The notes beneath the pieces are model-generated. The model saw only the letters and a list, made by a program, of their open reading frames with translations. It made no database searches and was not told the origin of the DNA. Shown in pieces: positions 46,182-59,200 of a stretch of DNA of 64,000 nucleotides (positions within the stretch are counted from its first letter, which is position 1; each line of letters begins with the position of its first letter). Both the position numbers and the translations under genes were made by a program. This stretch comes from Perkinsus chesapeaki ATCC PRA-425 (Eukaryota; Protista; Perkinsozoa), in contig JAAPAO010000122.1 of NCBI GenBank assembly GCA_013115145.1, positions 5,507-69,506 of the forward strand. Direction: 5' to 3'.

Positions 46182-49100
46182 TTACGGTGTATTCTGCTGC
46201 TGCTGCTCTTGAGTTGCTTCACTTATCGTTGATAGTTGATTTCTAAGTTCTGCATTAGCCTTTGAATTCACTCGTGGAGTGAACTTAGGCGCTACGCCAG
46301 TAATTCTTTGCTCCATCATCTGCCAGGAGGATTACTGCTCACGAGCCAGGCCACCAGGGCCCACCTGGGATTTGAGCCTCTGCTTTGCTGCATTTTGAAC
46401 ATCAGACATCAACCCGCCGTGATGGTGGTGGTTAGAGCTGCTGCCCCCAAGGCTGGTGGGTCTGGTACCACTCGCCGAGGTAGAATGCCGACCAGATCGG
46501 CTCGAACCTGCGAGAACGGAAGTCCGCGGAGACCCGAATGCAGCCTCCTACCAACGAGTGTCCGACGGTGAGAGTGATAGACAGGCAACACCCCTCCGGA
46601 GCCAATAACAGGCGGCACCTAAGAACTTGGGTATATGATAGCCAGCCACTGCCCGACACCAAAGCTACCCGTTGTCGGCCAAACTGGCTGGGAGCTGCTG
46701 CTGCTGCTGCTCCGTGAGTGCTCCATCGGGGATTCGAAGATCCTCCGCTGCTAGTCGATGAAGCCAGGCCATCACCCTCGTCACTACCCACTACCATATT
46801 AGCCCTGCCGTGCTCGAACAGCCGCGGAGACTCTTGGCCAAGTACAGTGGCCGGCCTGAGCTCGATGACACTGCACCACACTGATTACGATCTTAGCAAA
46901 CTCACTTCTTTAGCGCTGCGGTTCCACGAGAGACCGAGAGGGATAAGGGAGGTATGTCCGGTCGAGAGGATCCAGTCGATGATACACTGCTTTGACCTGA
47001 GCAGTGACGAACACGTGCACTGCGAAGGAACTTAGTAATTCACAGCCAGACAGCTGCTTGTGAGAAGCCCGAACAACAACCACTACCGCTCTAGCGAGTC
47101 ACCGAAACCTGACCCGCCTGGCAGGAGGTCGGGCATATACTGAACCTAACGAGCCCACTGTGGCTCGAGTGATCCCTGACCGCGCGCCACTAAATTACTG
47201 GTTCGCTTCCTCGGCACTCCGGTTGGCCCGAGAGGCGGTCGTCCTCTATCACTAATTGCCGAACCAGCTGACTCGATGCTGCTCCGACGACCACCCACGG
47301 AGGAGGCGAATGATGAAACTGGCGAGACTAACAAAGACCATTTCGAAGCGACAGAGGTAAATGCCGGCACATCGCCCAGAAGCAAACTCCTCATCTTCGC
47401 TGTCAGGCAGGATGCTCTCCTCCAACTGAGGATTCTTCCGTTTAAGTATCTCAAGGGAAGCTAATAAACAAACCACACCTGTGAAGAATCACTTACCCGC
47501 GCCACCGAGTTCGTCATGCTTTTCCTGGACTCCAACCGTCTTCGCAATCTCTCCGCCTCACGAGACTCCGAACCGTGCCTGAGACCATGGCCGGCTTCCC
47601 AGGCGATTAGAGCTCCGGTTTACTTACCGAGATACGTTCCGCTTGTTAGCTCCACTGTTGCTGCTAACAGGTGGGGGACGGAAGTCTTGCGCGCCCGACA
47701 CTGAGTAAGCACGCTAAGCAGCAGCAGCTCCCGCGGGAATGAGTCACTACTAGCTCTCAGGCTTGGGCGCCCAGTTGGAGGCTTCGACGCTGTGCTACCG
47801 ACACTAGACCGAGGAGAGGAAACGCTGAAAGGATACGAACTACTGTCCACTCAGAGGAACCCCGCCTGTGAGCGCATTAGAAGAGAACCGGCCATTTCGG
47901 CCCCGAGAGGATGGAAGGATGTGAAACTCAAGAGGTGAGTATTGGTACCTTGACTTAGCTGTATAGAACGTATCTCCACTGGAGGATTCAGTTGGGCTTT
48001 CTCTGAGCTTAGCTGAAGGGAAAACAAGAGCTTATCAACAAGTAGTATCCTACAGTTGCGCAGAAAAGGGGACAACGCACACAATCGGGCGAGCGCAGCT
48101 GGTAGCAGACTCACCCATCGAGACAATACTCCTCATCGACCTCTTCCGCGATACTCGTGAGCGTCGCTCTAATACACAGGTATCCTCAGCACTCGGTGCG
48201 GCGACCTTACCACCCCTGGATGACTTCACAGAGCGTGTGCTATGCGCCGATGAAACCGACAGCGTGGATTGATCTAGCTCGGACATGCTGCTGCCATCCA
48301 GGGACTCACTTTGTATCACAATCTGCCGGAACAGCATTTCGGGACGCGAGGACAGCAAATGAGAGCCCCACCGATCGAGGCCTCTCCCGGAAGACCCCTC
48401 GGATCTGGTGCACTGGATGAAGCTCCATGTCGCTGTCCGTGCTGGGTCGAGGAAGTAGGACATCAACAGGGACAGCGGCATCGGCAACCTCCGTAGCCGA
48501 GACCAGCGACAGGGGAGGTATGGCTGGTGGGCTCGGCAGAGGGTCCGAAACCTGATCCAGTTGCCATCGACCGAGCTCGAGGAGGCCTTCAACTCACCGT
48601 GAACGTGCTGACTATCGGCGTGTCTGTAGGCTCACCCTCCTCACTAGGTGGACTCGGCGGCGGACTGTTCAAGTGCGAGAAGCTCGGGAAGCCTGGAGTC
48701 TGACCAGGGCCACCTAGTGGCACCGAATCGGCCATGGCAGTCTGAGACGACAGCAGCTGAAACCCTCCTTCCTAACGCACACACGTGACCTACTGGCGTC
48801 CTCTCTGGCTCACTAAGCGGCACGTTGCTGTTAACATTCTCCTTTTCCCTATTGAATATAGGAGGCCGACCAATACCAGGATTGAGCACCAAAGACTAAC
48901 ACATAAGCGTCCAATGCCTTGCGCTTCAGTACATTCTCACCTTGGCTGCTATGCTGTCAGATACAACGGTACTCGGTGTCGACGGCGGCATCGGCGGTGT
49001 AACGCAGACTGGGCTGGACAGATTGCCCCGCTCCACGGAAGCCTCGACGCCTGCCGGTACCGGGTACTGCTCACTGAACTGTTCACGTAGCTTTAACTTC

Positions 49101-52100
49101 TGAATCTGATATAAAAGCCAGCCCTGGCAACCGGACGAGAATGTGTGCTTACATCTTGTTCGACCTTCGCTATCAGTTTCAGCATGTCGTGGCAGACCTC
49201 GAAAAGATCCTTGGACTCCGGTCCGCGCTCCTTTGGTGGGGGCCAAACAGAATCGTAATCGACAAAGGTCATACAAAGGTTACGGTAGCTGATAGAGGAA
49301 AGAGAGACTTCTTATACTTAAGAGCATCCTGATAATTGGTCAAGACGCATCATTAATTCTATACTATAAAGACCTATCCGGATGATACACTGTGGGAACC
49401 GTTTACCGTGACACCGATATCGTCATACGATAATTACTAGTCTGGATAGAATCATCTTACGGAGTTATATGCGGCCCAGCACCAATTGACTGATGAAGAC
49501 TGATGTCTTTGAGATCGCTGTCTTGATAAGATTGCTGTCCCTCTCACCTCGCATATACGTTAAGTCCATAGTCAAACAGCCATTGGCTTGCTGCGATCTT
49601 CTCCCGGTAAAAGTGAGCGAGATGCGTGTGGAAGGTATCCAGCGGTTCACTATCATCCTTCTGGAACCAAAGTCTCATCCCATTGCGGGACGGGTGAGAC
49701 TACCTCCTCCCAGTCTTGACCAGGCGGCTGCGCCATGACCGATGTAAGCCTGCGCTTCTTCTCCCGCTCCCTCTCCCTTTCCAAGGCGTGTTCGATGTCA
49801 TGGAAGGAGTCGGTCAGCTCGTGGACATCATCGACAGTTCGGTATGCCCTGTCCAGGTGTTCAGCAAACCCATAGGCGCCTTCCGGTGCCCACCTCAACT
49901 CAGCAGCTCGCTCGATACATCGCGTCACCACTCGGTCTAGCAGTGCCTTCACGTCATCCTCGGACATCAGCGCAATCACACAATGGAGACAACTTATCTG
50001 AAAACTATAATACCGTAACCGTTGCTGCTGAACGCCGCCTCCTCACCCGAGGATTCTCGGTACACTTGAGCTCATAGAACTTGCTGAACGCTCCAAGCTG
50101 GAACATTTCAATCTGCTCGACGATCAACACGGACCTAGATGAAGACAGAGACCCACCTGCCTTCCACCTGGATTAAGAGCATTAGCGAATTTAACACAGA
50201 CTTGCAGGACCAAGGCGAACTTGTCGAGCTGAGGGAAAGCGTAAGTGATATGAGCCGGTGTGGATGTGAGCTCACCAGCTCATACATGACCTCGAGAGCT
50301 CGATACATGGTAGTTAGGTTAACTTCAATGGCACGGAATTCTTCCTCAAAGCCGCTCAAGAAAATCATAAGCTGCAGTCGATGACGGACGTCAGGGATTT
50401 TTCGCAAGTAATACCTAACGGTCACATCTCACCAACAACAACTCGGGCATGGCGACGTACACAAAAAGATCAACTTCGTCCCGGCACGCGCCCGGAGGAT
50501 CGTGGTCAACGGCGTCAATTACCGCCTGGGTCACATCGGGCGGGAGCTGCACCGATAGCTGTTTGGGACACGGACAAATACAGCCTTACATCGCGGAGTA
50601 AGCTCTCTACTGGGCCAAGCTGATCTGCCTGCCATACCGACTCGTCACATCTCAGCAAGAGATTGCGGTAACTAGGATGCAGCATTGGTTGCCTTCTGAG
50701 AGCAGATCCGTATAGTACTGTTCGCTGCGGCTCTTAATCTTAACGCCGCTAGGCGGTGGCTCCATTTGCATAAAGACCTTCTGGGCTACAATACCAACTA
50801 ACCGATGCTCCTTGGTGCCAAATACAGTCAGTGGCTTGCTCGGTGTGCCCAACGGATCTAAGCGCAGATACTTCGAAGCAAGGCTTCCACGCACGCGCCT
50901 CCCGTGGGGAGGATGCTGTCCTAGCGTATTGCCATCGAGATTTCAAGGCTTACTCTCGAGCTCCTTTCCGGTAGCAGGGCCCTTTTGGTTGAGGTCCCGC
51001 ATAACCTCCTTCTTTTTGAACAGCTTCATCAAAAACTTTGAATCCACCTGAGACAGTTCGCCTACTAGACATGCCATCGTGAGTTTCTGTCGTACCCGTT
51101 TCCATATCTTGTCGGCTCCCACTTGGCGAGATATAACACAGTCCGAGGGCATCACTGGTAACAGGGACTTAGTGCCTGAATCCGACCAACCTTCACAGAG
51201 GTGTCTCCACAAAATTGCTAATATCTGATGGATTCCTCCACGAGGAATCATACTAAAGGGAACTCAAAGGTGACGGTAGAAAAGGGCATACTACTGGACA
51301 AGTGAGCCCCTTGTCAAACCTAACCGCTCACAGACGGATTAAAGTAGTCGAAGCTGCGAAGCCGCCGTCAGAGGATGCCCCCAGGAGGCACGGTATCGCC
51401 TCTCGCTCATAATCCCCGCTGTGCATCCCGCAGAGTCCATTACTAAGTACCCCGCCTTACTCTGTGATCCACTCATTCCCGGTGTTCTCTCAGCACAGCT
51501 AACGCCTAATGCTGGAACGCTACAGTTCTTGGACATCGACGGCGGCGGCGGCGGGCCAGACATGACCAAGCTGTGCTGCGGGCCGCCATCAGAGCACACG
51601 GAGATATCGCCATGAGCTGGAAGCACTGAACACACAGAGCTCAACTACTTGTACGTATCGAGCATCGTTATACCAATCCCGCTGGTATCAGCATCAGAGG
51701 CACAGCTTCTTGGTGTGCCACATTCGGAGGGAGTCAAGTCTCGAGGCCGACTGCCGTATCTTGACAGGATACTAATACTCGAATACTAACAACTGCGAAG
51801 ATGAGGAGTGACAGTTCCCCAACAAGCTGAGTGGGAGCGATGCTGCTGCTGCCGGCATTCGGTATCACTTTGTGAAGTATTGCAGTAAAGGCTCGTCATG
51901 TGCGTGCTCGAGCTGAGCTGCTTGAATAACTGAGCTGTCGCAGCTCATAGGTGTATCTGTACCGGAGTCAGTGCTGCCAGCTCCTCCTCTAGGCGTGGAG
52001 ACGCTGCCTGAACAAAAGTCAACATACACAGTGAGATTCTCCACTATCTCTTCAGATGTGATAGATGTATTATTACTAACCCCCCCGGCAAAATGACACC

Positions 52101-52104
52101 ACAT
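46182..52104 (-). CDS. Divergent formin: short poly-Pro, full FH2 domain, long Ser-rich C-terminal tail
   Basis: FH2 landmarks read in order: KIWKRV, VDSKFLMKLF, RLVGIVAQKV, LFVYYLRKIPDVRHRLQLMIFLSGFEEEF, ANALN...FQLGAFSKFYELK, SCLHCVI, DLFEVCHDMLK. Coding exons continue to ...QQQQNTP* at 46182. Confidence 0.75.
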
Positions 52105-52184
52105 TTGATCGTTTATTTACAAACGTTCACATGATGGCTCTCGTCTACCATACGTAGGCATACAGTTTGATAGATGTTACTAAA

Positions 52185-54127
52185 TTATTGGAATACATCG
52201 CCAAATGTGGCGCGCAGGTAACTTGCACGCACGCGACCGATTCGGAGAGCTATGGCGGCGGGGGTCGCCATCAGCGCATAGATTGTTCCCACGACAGAGA
52301 GTCTGCACCGCGCAATTTTCGTCACCCACTACACGCGCCCCCATGGGCTGTTGATAACCAGGCATTTCACTTGGAAGGCAACGATTTAGGAAACGAATTT
52401 AGGGCGGCGACGCAGACACTCAGATCGCACCGCTCAGGATCTGCTGAATCGCCCAACCCCCGGGACTGACTATCAACCAAGCACGAGCCATTTGACCAAC
52501 GACAGGATTCCCTAGGTAAAAAATATCCACAAGAAATCCAAGCGAGTCTGTAAGGTCTGCACAGTGCTTCCCAAGGCTGTGATTCCTAATCTGCTCTCCA
52601 CGCCCCCAAAACTCCACAATGCAAGCTCAGTACGCCGGCTCGCGACAGGAAGGCTACTAAGCGGCCGATATCCGTAAACTTCACCATGCACCAGTGCAGC
52701 GGCGTGCAGGCTGCTCACATGCAGTAGCTCGCTTCCCTTTAGCCTTGTTGATGTCGACTCCTTTAATATGCAGTGATACATACGGGTTCGGTTGTCTCGC
52801 CTTCGGCAATGCCTTTGGCCCTCCAAGGTTAAGAGGTATCCGTGGAGGAGGTCCCTAATACACCGACATCACCGTGCATACCGTGTCTCGTTCTCACCTT
52901 CGGCCCCGGCAAAGGTGGTATCGCCTTCCCGCCAGGTAGCGGTGGAGGTGTCGCCTTACCAGCTGCCAAGTTCTAGGATCAATCCTACTAGCACAACTCA
53001 TCCCTACCACACCGCCTACCATGAACGTCGGCGGTGGGGATCCCTTTGCCGAAGTAGGAGACGACTTCGGTGGCGGACAAGTGAGGATCGGGGATGTCTG
53101 AGGTACCACTTCCCTAACACCATCGAAACACACTCACCTTCGGCGGTGCCGGCGGCAGTCCCTTGGCAGATTTAGGCCCCACCGGCGCCTTCGCTGCAAG
53201 ACCCAATTTGCCCAGCGGCAAGGGCGGTATCCCCTTCGGAGTCACCGGCGGCGATCCCTACAACCAACCGCAATCACCAAGCGTTTCCCGCATACCGCCG
53301 CTACCTTGGCAGATGACGGCGGGGATGGCACCGGCGGTGGCGGAGACGATGCCTTGGCCGGTGGAGACGTGTTGACCCCTACAGACGAAGTATCAGGATG
53401 ACGCAATGCGATGGGCGTTGGCGCTATGGCCCTGAGCTCCGCTGGTGGCGAGGGCATCCCCAAACAGCGACCTGGTGTGTCACCCAAACAATTACCTGAA
53501 ACCAACATAATAAACAACAATCCCTGCAACGGCGGCTATCCAACCCCCGGTGGTGGTACCGCTTACTGTATCTAGGCGAGTTTATAGTCTAAACGGAGCC
53601 AGGAGCAGCAGCAGCAGCCTAGGATAGACTACATTTTCTATACGCTATTTCCGATTACACAGCTACTTCAATACCTGTACTGTGAGATTCGCCGAATAAC
53701 AATGTTTCTAGCAACGACGGGTCTGTACACAGGTACTGAGCCGTAGTTTGGACATTAACAACCCTACCCCAGCCAACCTTCCCTATGGCGTAAATAGCGC
53801 AACATCAATATGCCCATACCGCCGCTGCTTACTAGTGTTCAGCGCATCGCCTCCTCGCCTGTTCAATTTGGCTGGTGTCCGAGGCTTCCGTCGAGCTTCG
53901 TTAACCTAAAAAGATACTCCCCTTGTACCATCAATACATCCGGTCCCTACAAATCCTCTCAACGTCCGCAGCTCTTCGTTCTTATCCTTTAATTCATCTT
54001 TAATTGCTTCATTTTGCTGTCTTAGTGTGGCGAGCTCAGCCAGCATAGCAGCGAAAGTTGGAGTTCCCTCCGGAGTCCCAGCGGGCAGCGGTGGCGTCTG
54101 CGATGCCTCGATCGTCGGAGAACTCAT
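52185..54127 (-). CDS. Coiled-coil plus Pro-rich (FH1-like) protein with a partial FH2-like C-terminus
   Basis: N-terminal coiled coil (LAELATLRQQNEAIKDELKDKNEEL) and a series of Pro/Lys-rich exons. The final segment IYALMATPAAIALRI...LRATFGDVFQ* resembles the FH2 helix of the neighbouring gene. Confidence 0.55.
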
Positions 54128-54576
54128 TGCCAATAAACAAATAATAAATAGTGGTGATACTGAGCTGATTACGCACTACCAATAATATTTCTGGAATATC
54201 TTTCAAACCAGGATGCGCAGTTCTTATGAGGCAAATGACCTATCGCACTTCCTGCATTCATCGGTCAGTTATACAAGTGTCAACCACGGCTAAGTAAGGT
54301 AGGACTAGAAAATCTGCATTACCTATTCCAACCTTTCTACCAAATTACGGGGCCTGAAAAAATGTATCGAAGCAGATGCATTCTAGGGCAGAAGTGCTAA
54401 CGGAGCTGCACCCACATACTTCGGCATCAACTGTATCAGGCGCCTTGAGATTGCAGAAACGGAATATCGACAACTCCAAACGTTTTGTAATACCCTTGAT
54501 TATTGGCAGCGATACCATGCAGCAGCCCATTGCGGAACAAAGACAAAGGCTCCCAAAGGCTCAGGAAACATGTCTC

Positions 54577-56170
54577 CTACACGAGGGCCCCCGACCCCTC
54601 TTTGCGGAGGACTACAAATCTTGGAACGCTCCTGAAGTCATCGACCACTTTAACCAGCTGCATTCTCAAGCTGCTGCTGCTGCTGTCCTTCTGTTTGATA
54701 TAGCTGTCGACAACTTCGTGTTGCCCTGTTTCCGCATTCAGCTCCATCCATAGCAGCCCGCCGGGCTTTAGTACTTTCGATGATACATCTATCACCTAAA
54801 CGACAAACCAACTAAAATACAGAAAATCCGATACCGTATTATGCACAAGCCCAATGAAGGTTCGGAGGGTTACCAGTGTTACGAGTAGTTCTAGTAGGCC
54901 ACGAGACTTGACGTCTCGGAAAGAGCCGAGAGTAGCCCATTCCAGTGTCTTTACCTGTTGAATGACGTCCATGCCATCGACTCCACCATCAAGAGCCAAC
55001 AGATCTTCGTGATCTTTGACTGTACGGGAGAGGCTCTCCACAATGTTATGGGGAATATAGGGGGGATTGGATACAACCATGTCATAGGATTCCTCAGACA
55101 ACTCTTGATCGGCAATAGCGCCGATCAGGAAGGACAGCCGACTTTCGACGCCGAACAGGTGTGCATTCTCTCGGGCCAATTCCATCGCTTGCTCCGAGAC
55201 ATCCACGAGGTCGACCCTGACACGCGGAAACCGCCTCGCCGCCGACCATAAGGAGTATTTTAACCTAGAATTCGTCTTTCATATCAGAGCCTGGCTTGAT
55301 TTAGGATTCCTAACCCAAGCGATGCTCGGACACGAAAGGGTACGAAAATATATATGAAGATATGCAAGGACCTATCTTATTGAAGGACCCCCAGAAGTGG
55401 ATCTCTAGAAGTCGTCGAGCTCACCTACAGCCTGCCCACTTGGTCGCCAGTGCTACCGCTATAACGCCGCTGCCGCTACACAGGTCGAGGACGTGCCTGC
55501 CTGCAACGGGCTGGCTCGAGTCGAGGATGTATTCCACCATCTCCTCTGTCTCTGGCCGAGGTATCAATGTTGGAGCTCTCACATTTAAGCCTTTCAAATG
55601 TAGGAAGTCAACATAACCTGACCACAATCAGATTGCCGCCGTATGAACCATCTGTGTTCCACAGATAACCGTCAACCGAGAGTGGCCAGGCCAGCAAGTA
55701 ATAAAAGCAATTAATATTATCAGTGATATTAATATTAGATAATTACAGTAACATTTCCTCACCTACGAGGTACTGGTAAGGAGTCCAACGTAGAGCCCTG
55801 CTCCGTACTGCCTCTCGAAGCTGCCTTCTATCCTTGATACTCTCCCTCAGCCATCGCAAACACGCCCTCTCTTCCTCGATAATGTCCTATACGAACAACG
55901 CTGATTTTTGCTTCGGCAGCTGCTGGCATACAGCCCAGTCACAGCGCCCAGCCTCACCTCCCGCGGACCTTCAGTGTACCGATTTACAAAGAGGAATCGC
56001 TCGCCTGTGGAATATGGGAAGAGCCTTCCTCCAGCTGCTCTCCCACCAGGCCGACGGTAGCCCACCGACCACATCTGCATTCTTGAACCGCAACACCGTG
56101 GCATCTCCCAAATGAAGCTTTCGAAAAACGCTTCGCTCCGCCCAGTAATTGACGCCTCACAACACAAGCC
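54577..56170 (-). CDS. hemK: HemK/PrmC release-factor glutamine methyltransferase, probably mitochondrial (start codon not identified)
   Basis: PYQYLVG, LIPRPETEEMV, LDLCSGSGVIAVALA, VSNPPYIP, LALDGGVDG, LKPGGLLWME, DFRSVPRFV. Confidence 0.9.
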
Positions 56171-56295
56171 AGTATGCTGTTGTGTACGTGGTAAATGGAA
56201 GAATAAGGAACGTAATCTGACGTAGCGGGTAGCTCAGCAGCAGCCTTGCAGGCTTTGCTATATAAGATCCTGGAAATCGATCAAGCCGGCTGCCA

Positions 56296-59200
56296 CTAGG
56301 AGTGCAGCTTATCCAGCAGATTCTCGCCTGAAACGGCCCCGACTTCAGCCAGCATAAGCCTTGTGGCACGCTCCACCTGACAAAAGATCGACAATGCTCA
56401 AGAACAAGTCGTCAAGACCCACCTCTGCGTTCTCGTCCTCCAAGAGCTCGCCAGCATAAACAGATACTTCGGACATGCCAACCAGCAGCGGGCCTCCGAC
56501 AGCCTACAAAGTACAATCATCATCACAACCCTACCTCCCGAGATACCTTCCACAGTTCGGTAACAGCGCGCAGCAACACGAGCTTGACCTGGGCTGAGGG
56601 CTCCATACGGCAGGGCCGGAGCAGATCGGACAACAAGTATTTGACCTAACAGAAATAACCCTGAAAGTTCCATGGGAGAAAGGGCTGACCTGGTTGTCGG
56701 TAGCACAACGCTTCCCGATGGCAATGACAGCAAGGCTGAAGGAGCTCTGGGCCTCCGGTGTGTAGGCTACTGGCCAATACTTGGCCGATGCGGCTGAGTT
56801 GGCCACAGCGTCAATGATCGCCTCAAAGGTCTCTCCATCGGAGGATATCTCGGCCGTCACATTGGCCACGGCTGCTACCAAACTAAAACCACTCCCATCA
56901 CTACACCGACGATATTGCGCCCTTACTTGAGGGCCTCTTCTATGAGATCGAACCACCACGGGCGACCCTCTTGAGCTGTCTCCTCTCCAGACTTCCTCTT
57001 CTTATTGCTTGCCTTCGACGTGCTCGCCTGTTCTGTGCATTTCTTGAAGACCTACCACCCGCGGTCCAACCCCATACCGGAATGAATCCCTACCTCAAGG
57101 ACGTCACCAGACATTAGCTGCAGTACCGCGACGCCTATCTCTTGGCCGCCTCTGCTGCAGAGCTCAGTCGCCAAGGAAAGCCATACTGCGGTCTGTGGCG
57201 CCGCCTTGTGGTTCGACTCTGCCGCCAACCAACCGCCGCGCTTCATATGCTTCCCTAGGGTCTTCATCACAGCCCCGACGTCGGCCAGCCGCATATGCAG
57301 GCAGGCCTAGCTTAAGATCTCCAGCTCAACGCTCTTCGTTCCGTCCTACTACCTCGCTCAGGGCCTGGACAGTTAGACCGGCCAGGGCCTCCGACCCCCA
57401 ACCGAACTCAGCATCACACCAGCGAACTTCCCGACGTGCCGGAGGGACAACAACATGAGTTGCCTGCACCACTGCTACAACACGACTGAGAAGTCGGGCC
57501 AGAGGATCCCGAATGATGGCCAACGAACGGATGTCCGCCGAGGTACGCGAAAACATGTACCTGTTCAAACGCGTGCCACATAATAACAGCAGCTGTGTAC
57601 GGCTACTACCCGAGTAGAGACATGAGCTTCTGCAGACGGAAGATGTCCTTGTCATTGGGAACGGTGTGCTTTGGGCCACATGCCTCGATGATCAACAACT
57701 TCACCGACTCCATTACACTCGCAATCGGCTGGGACCTAGTCACGAATCTCGGGTCCCGTACAGTAGTTTCTAGCTTTACCTTGCCAACCGCTGGGCCGTC
57801 ATCTGCAGGAGATGCGACAAGTCCTTAGCAGACTCGCTAAGAGACTCCCCGATAGGTGCCAGCTCCCACTCCGGCGACACGCCTACGGTAGCAGCATGGC
57901 GGCTCTAGTCAGTCCTATACCCTACATAATTGGAACACCGCCGCGGTCTCCGGGCCGAAGTACTGGCCGCATGCACCAGTAATCTCAAAGAGGCACTGGG
58001 CTGTCGGTTGAAGCTCAGTGGAATCTTTTCCTTTCACGGAGAGAGCCGCAATGAGTGAAGGAAGGAGGAGGCTCAAGTACGATAGAGATGACGCACCTGG
58101 CGATTGTAGGATAGATCCAAGCATCGTCCCAGGGAGGCCTACCCATTCGCTTAACCAATATAGTAGTTGCTCTGCAAAGTTGGGCGTTTGTCAGAGGCAT
58201 CTCTCCAGATGCCAGAGGCTCACTACTGCCAACCAACTTGGTGACACGCTCCTTCAGCGAGGCCAGACTCAGTGCGCTGCACAGGCCTCTCAGTACCGAC
58301 CAGAGCGCGTTGGCCATCGCCACAGAGCCTACAGAACAGCATCACACAGCAGCGGGTGGCGCTTTAGCTCACCTTCTTGAGAGGCCCTCTCGATAACAAC
58401 GGCCACGCACTCCTCTTGGATCTCCGACGGCACCGATAAGTACTGCTGCTGCCAGGACCTACACCAAGCGTTATTTCTATCATCTACAGCAGGCAAATAC
58501 CCAGTAGCGGCCTCTTCGATAGCATCGGCTACTTGAGAGAAGAGCGCCGAGGGAGTTGAGGGTTCCTTAACCAACGCTATCAAGGTGGATATCATACAGC
58601 TGGCATCGATAGCACGGAGGAAGGATCCTAACAAAGATGGGATGATAGAGGTACAATAGTGAGTAGTAACCACGGCGAAAGCTACTACAAAATTATCAGG
58701 GCAGACCGAAAAGCCTGTTAGCTTGGATCTAGTAGATAAGACAGGTAACTTAAGATAATTGATGAAGAGAATGATAAAATAATACGGGTGACTTCTTAAC
58801 AAGATCATCAAAACCCTTCAGTGAATTAGCATTCACATTAAGGATAGCGACTCAAGTATGGAAGCTGTATCAACTGGAGCCTTACCGGCGGCCTCATTGG
58901 CAATAGTCCGTATCTTAGCTGCCTTCTTGCTCTTAGAGTCTCCCGTGACACTGTGTAATGCCACCAACAATGTTGCATACTCCTCAGGAGTGCCCTCCGG
59001 AACCCCTAGATTAGTCAGCGCTAGTACTACTCCAGATACCTATAGAGCCACTCTGCCTCCCCCCCAGTGTAGACCCTTTACTACCACTCTCGCCGCTACA
59101 GTCTGATACTGCACAGCTGCCGTACTAACAAAGGTAGGCTGCCCACCGAACAAAGCTCTAGCAGTCGATAACGCCTAATCGTCAATCCACACTGTGGTGA

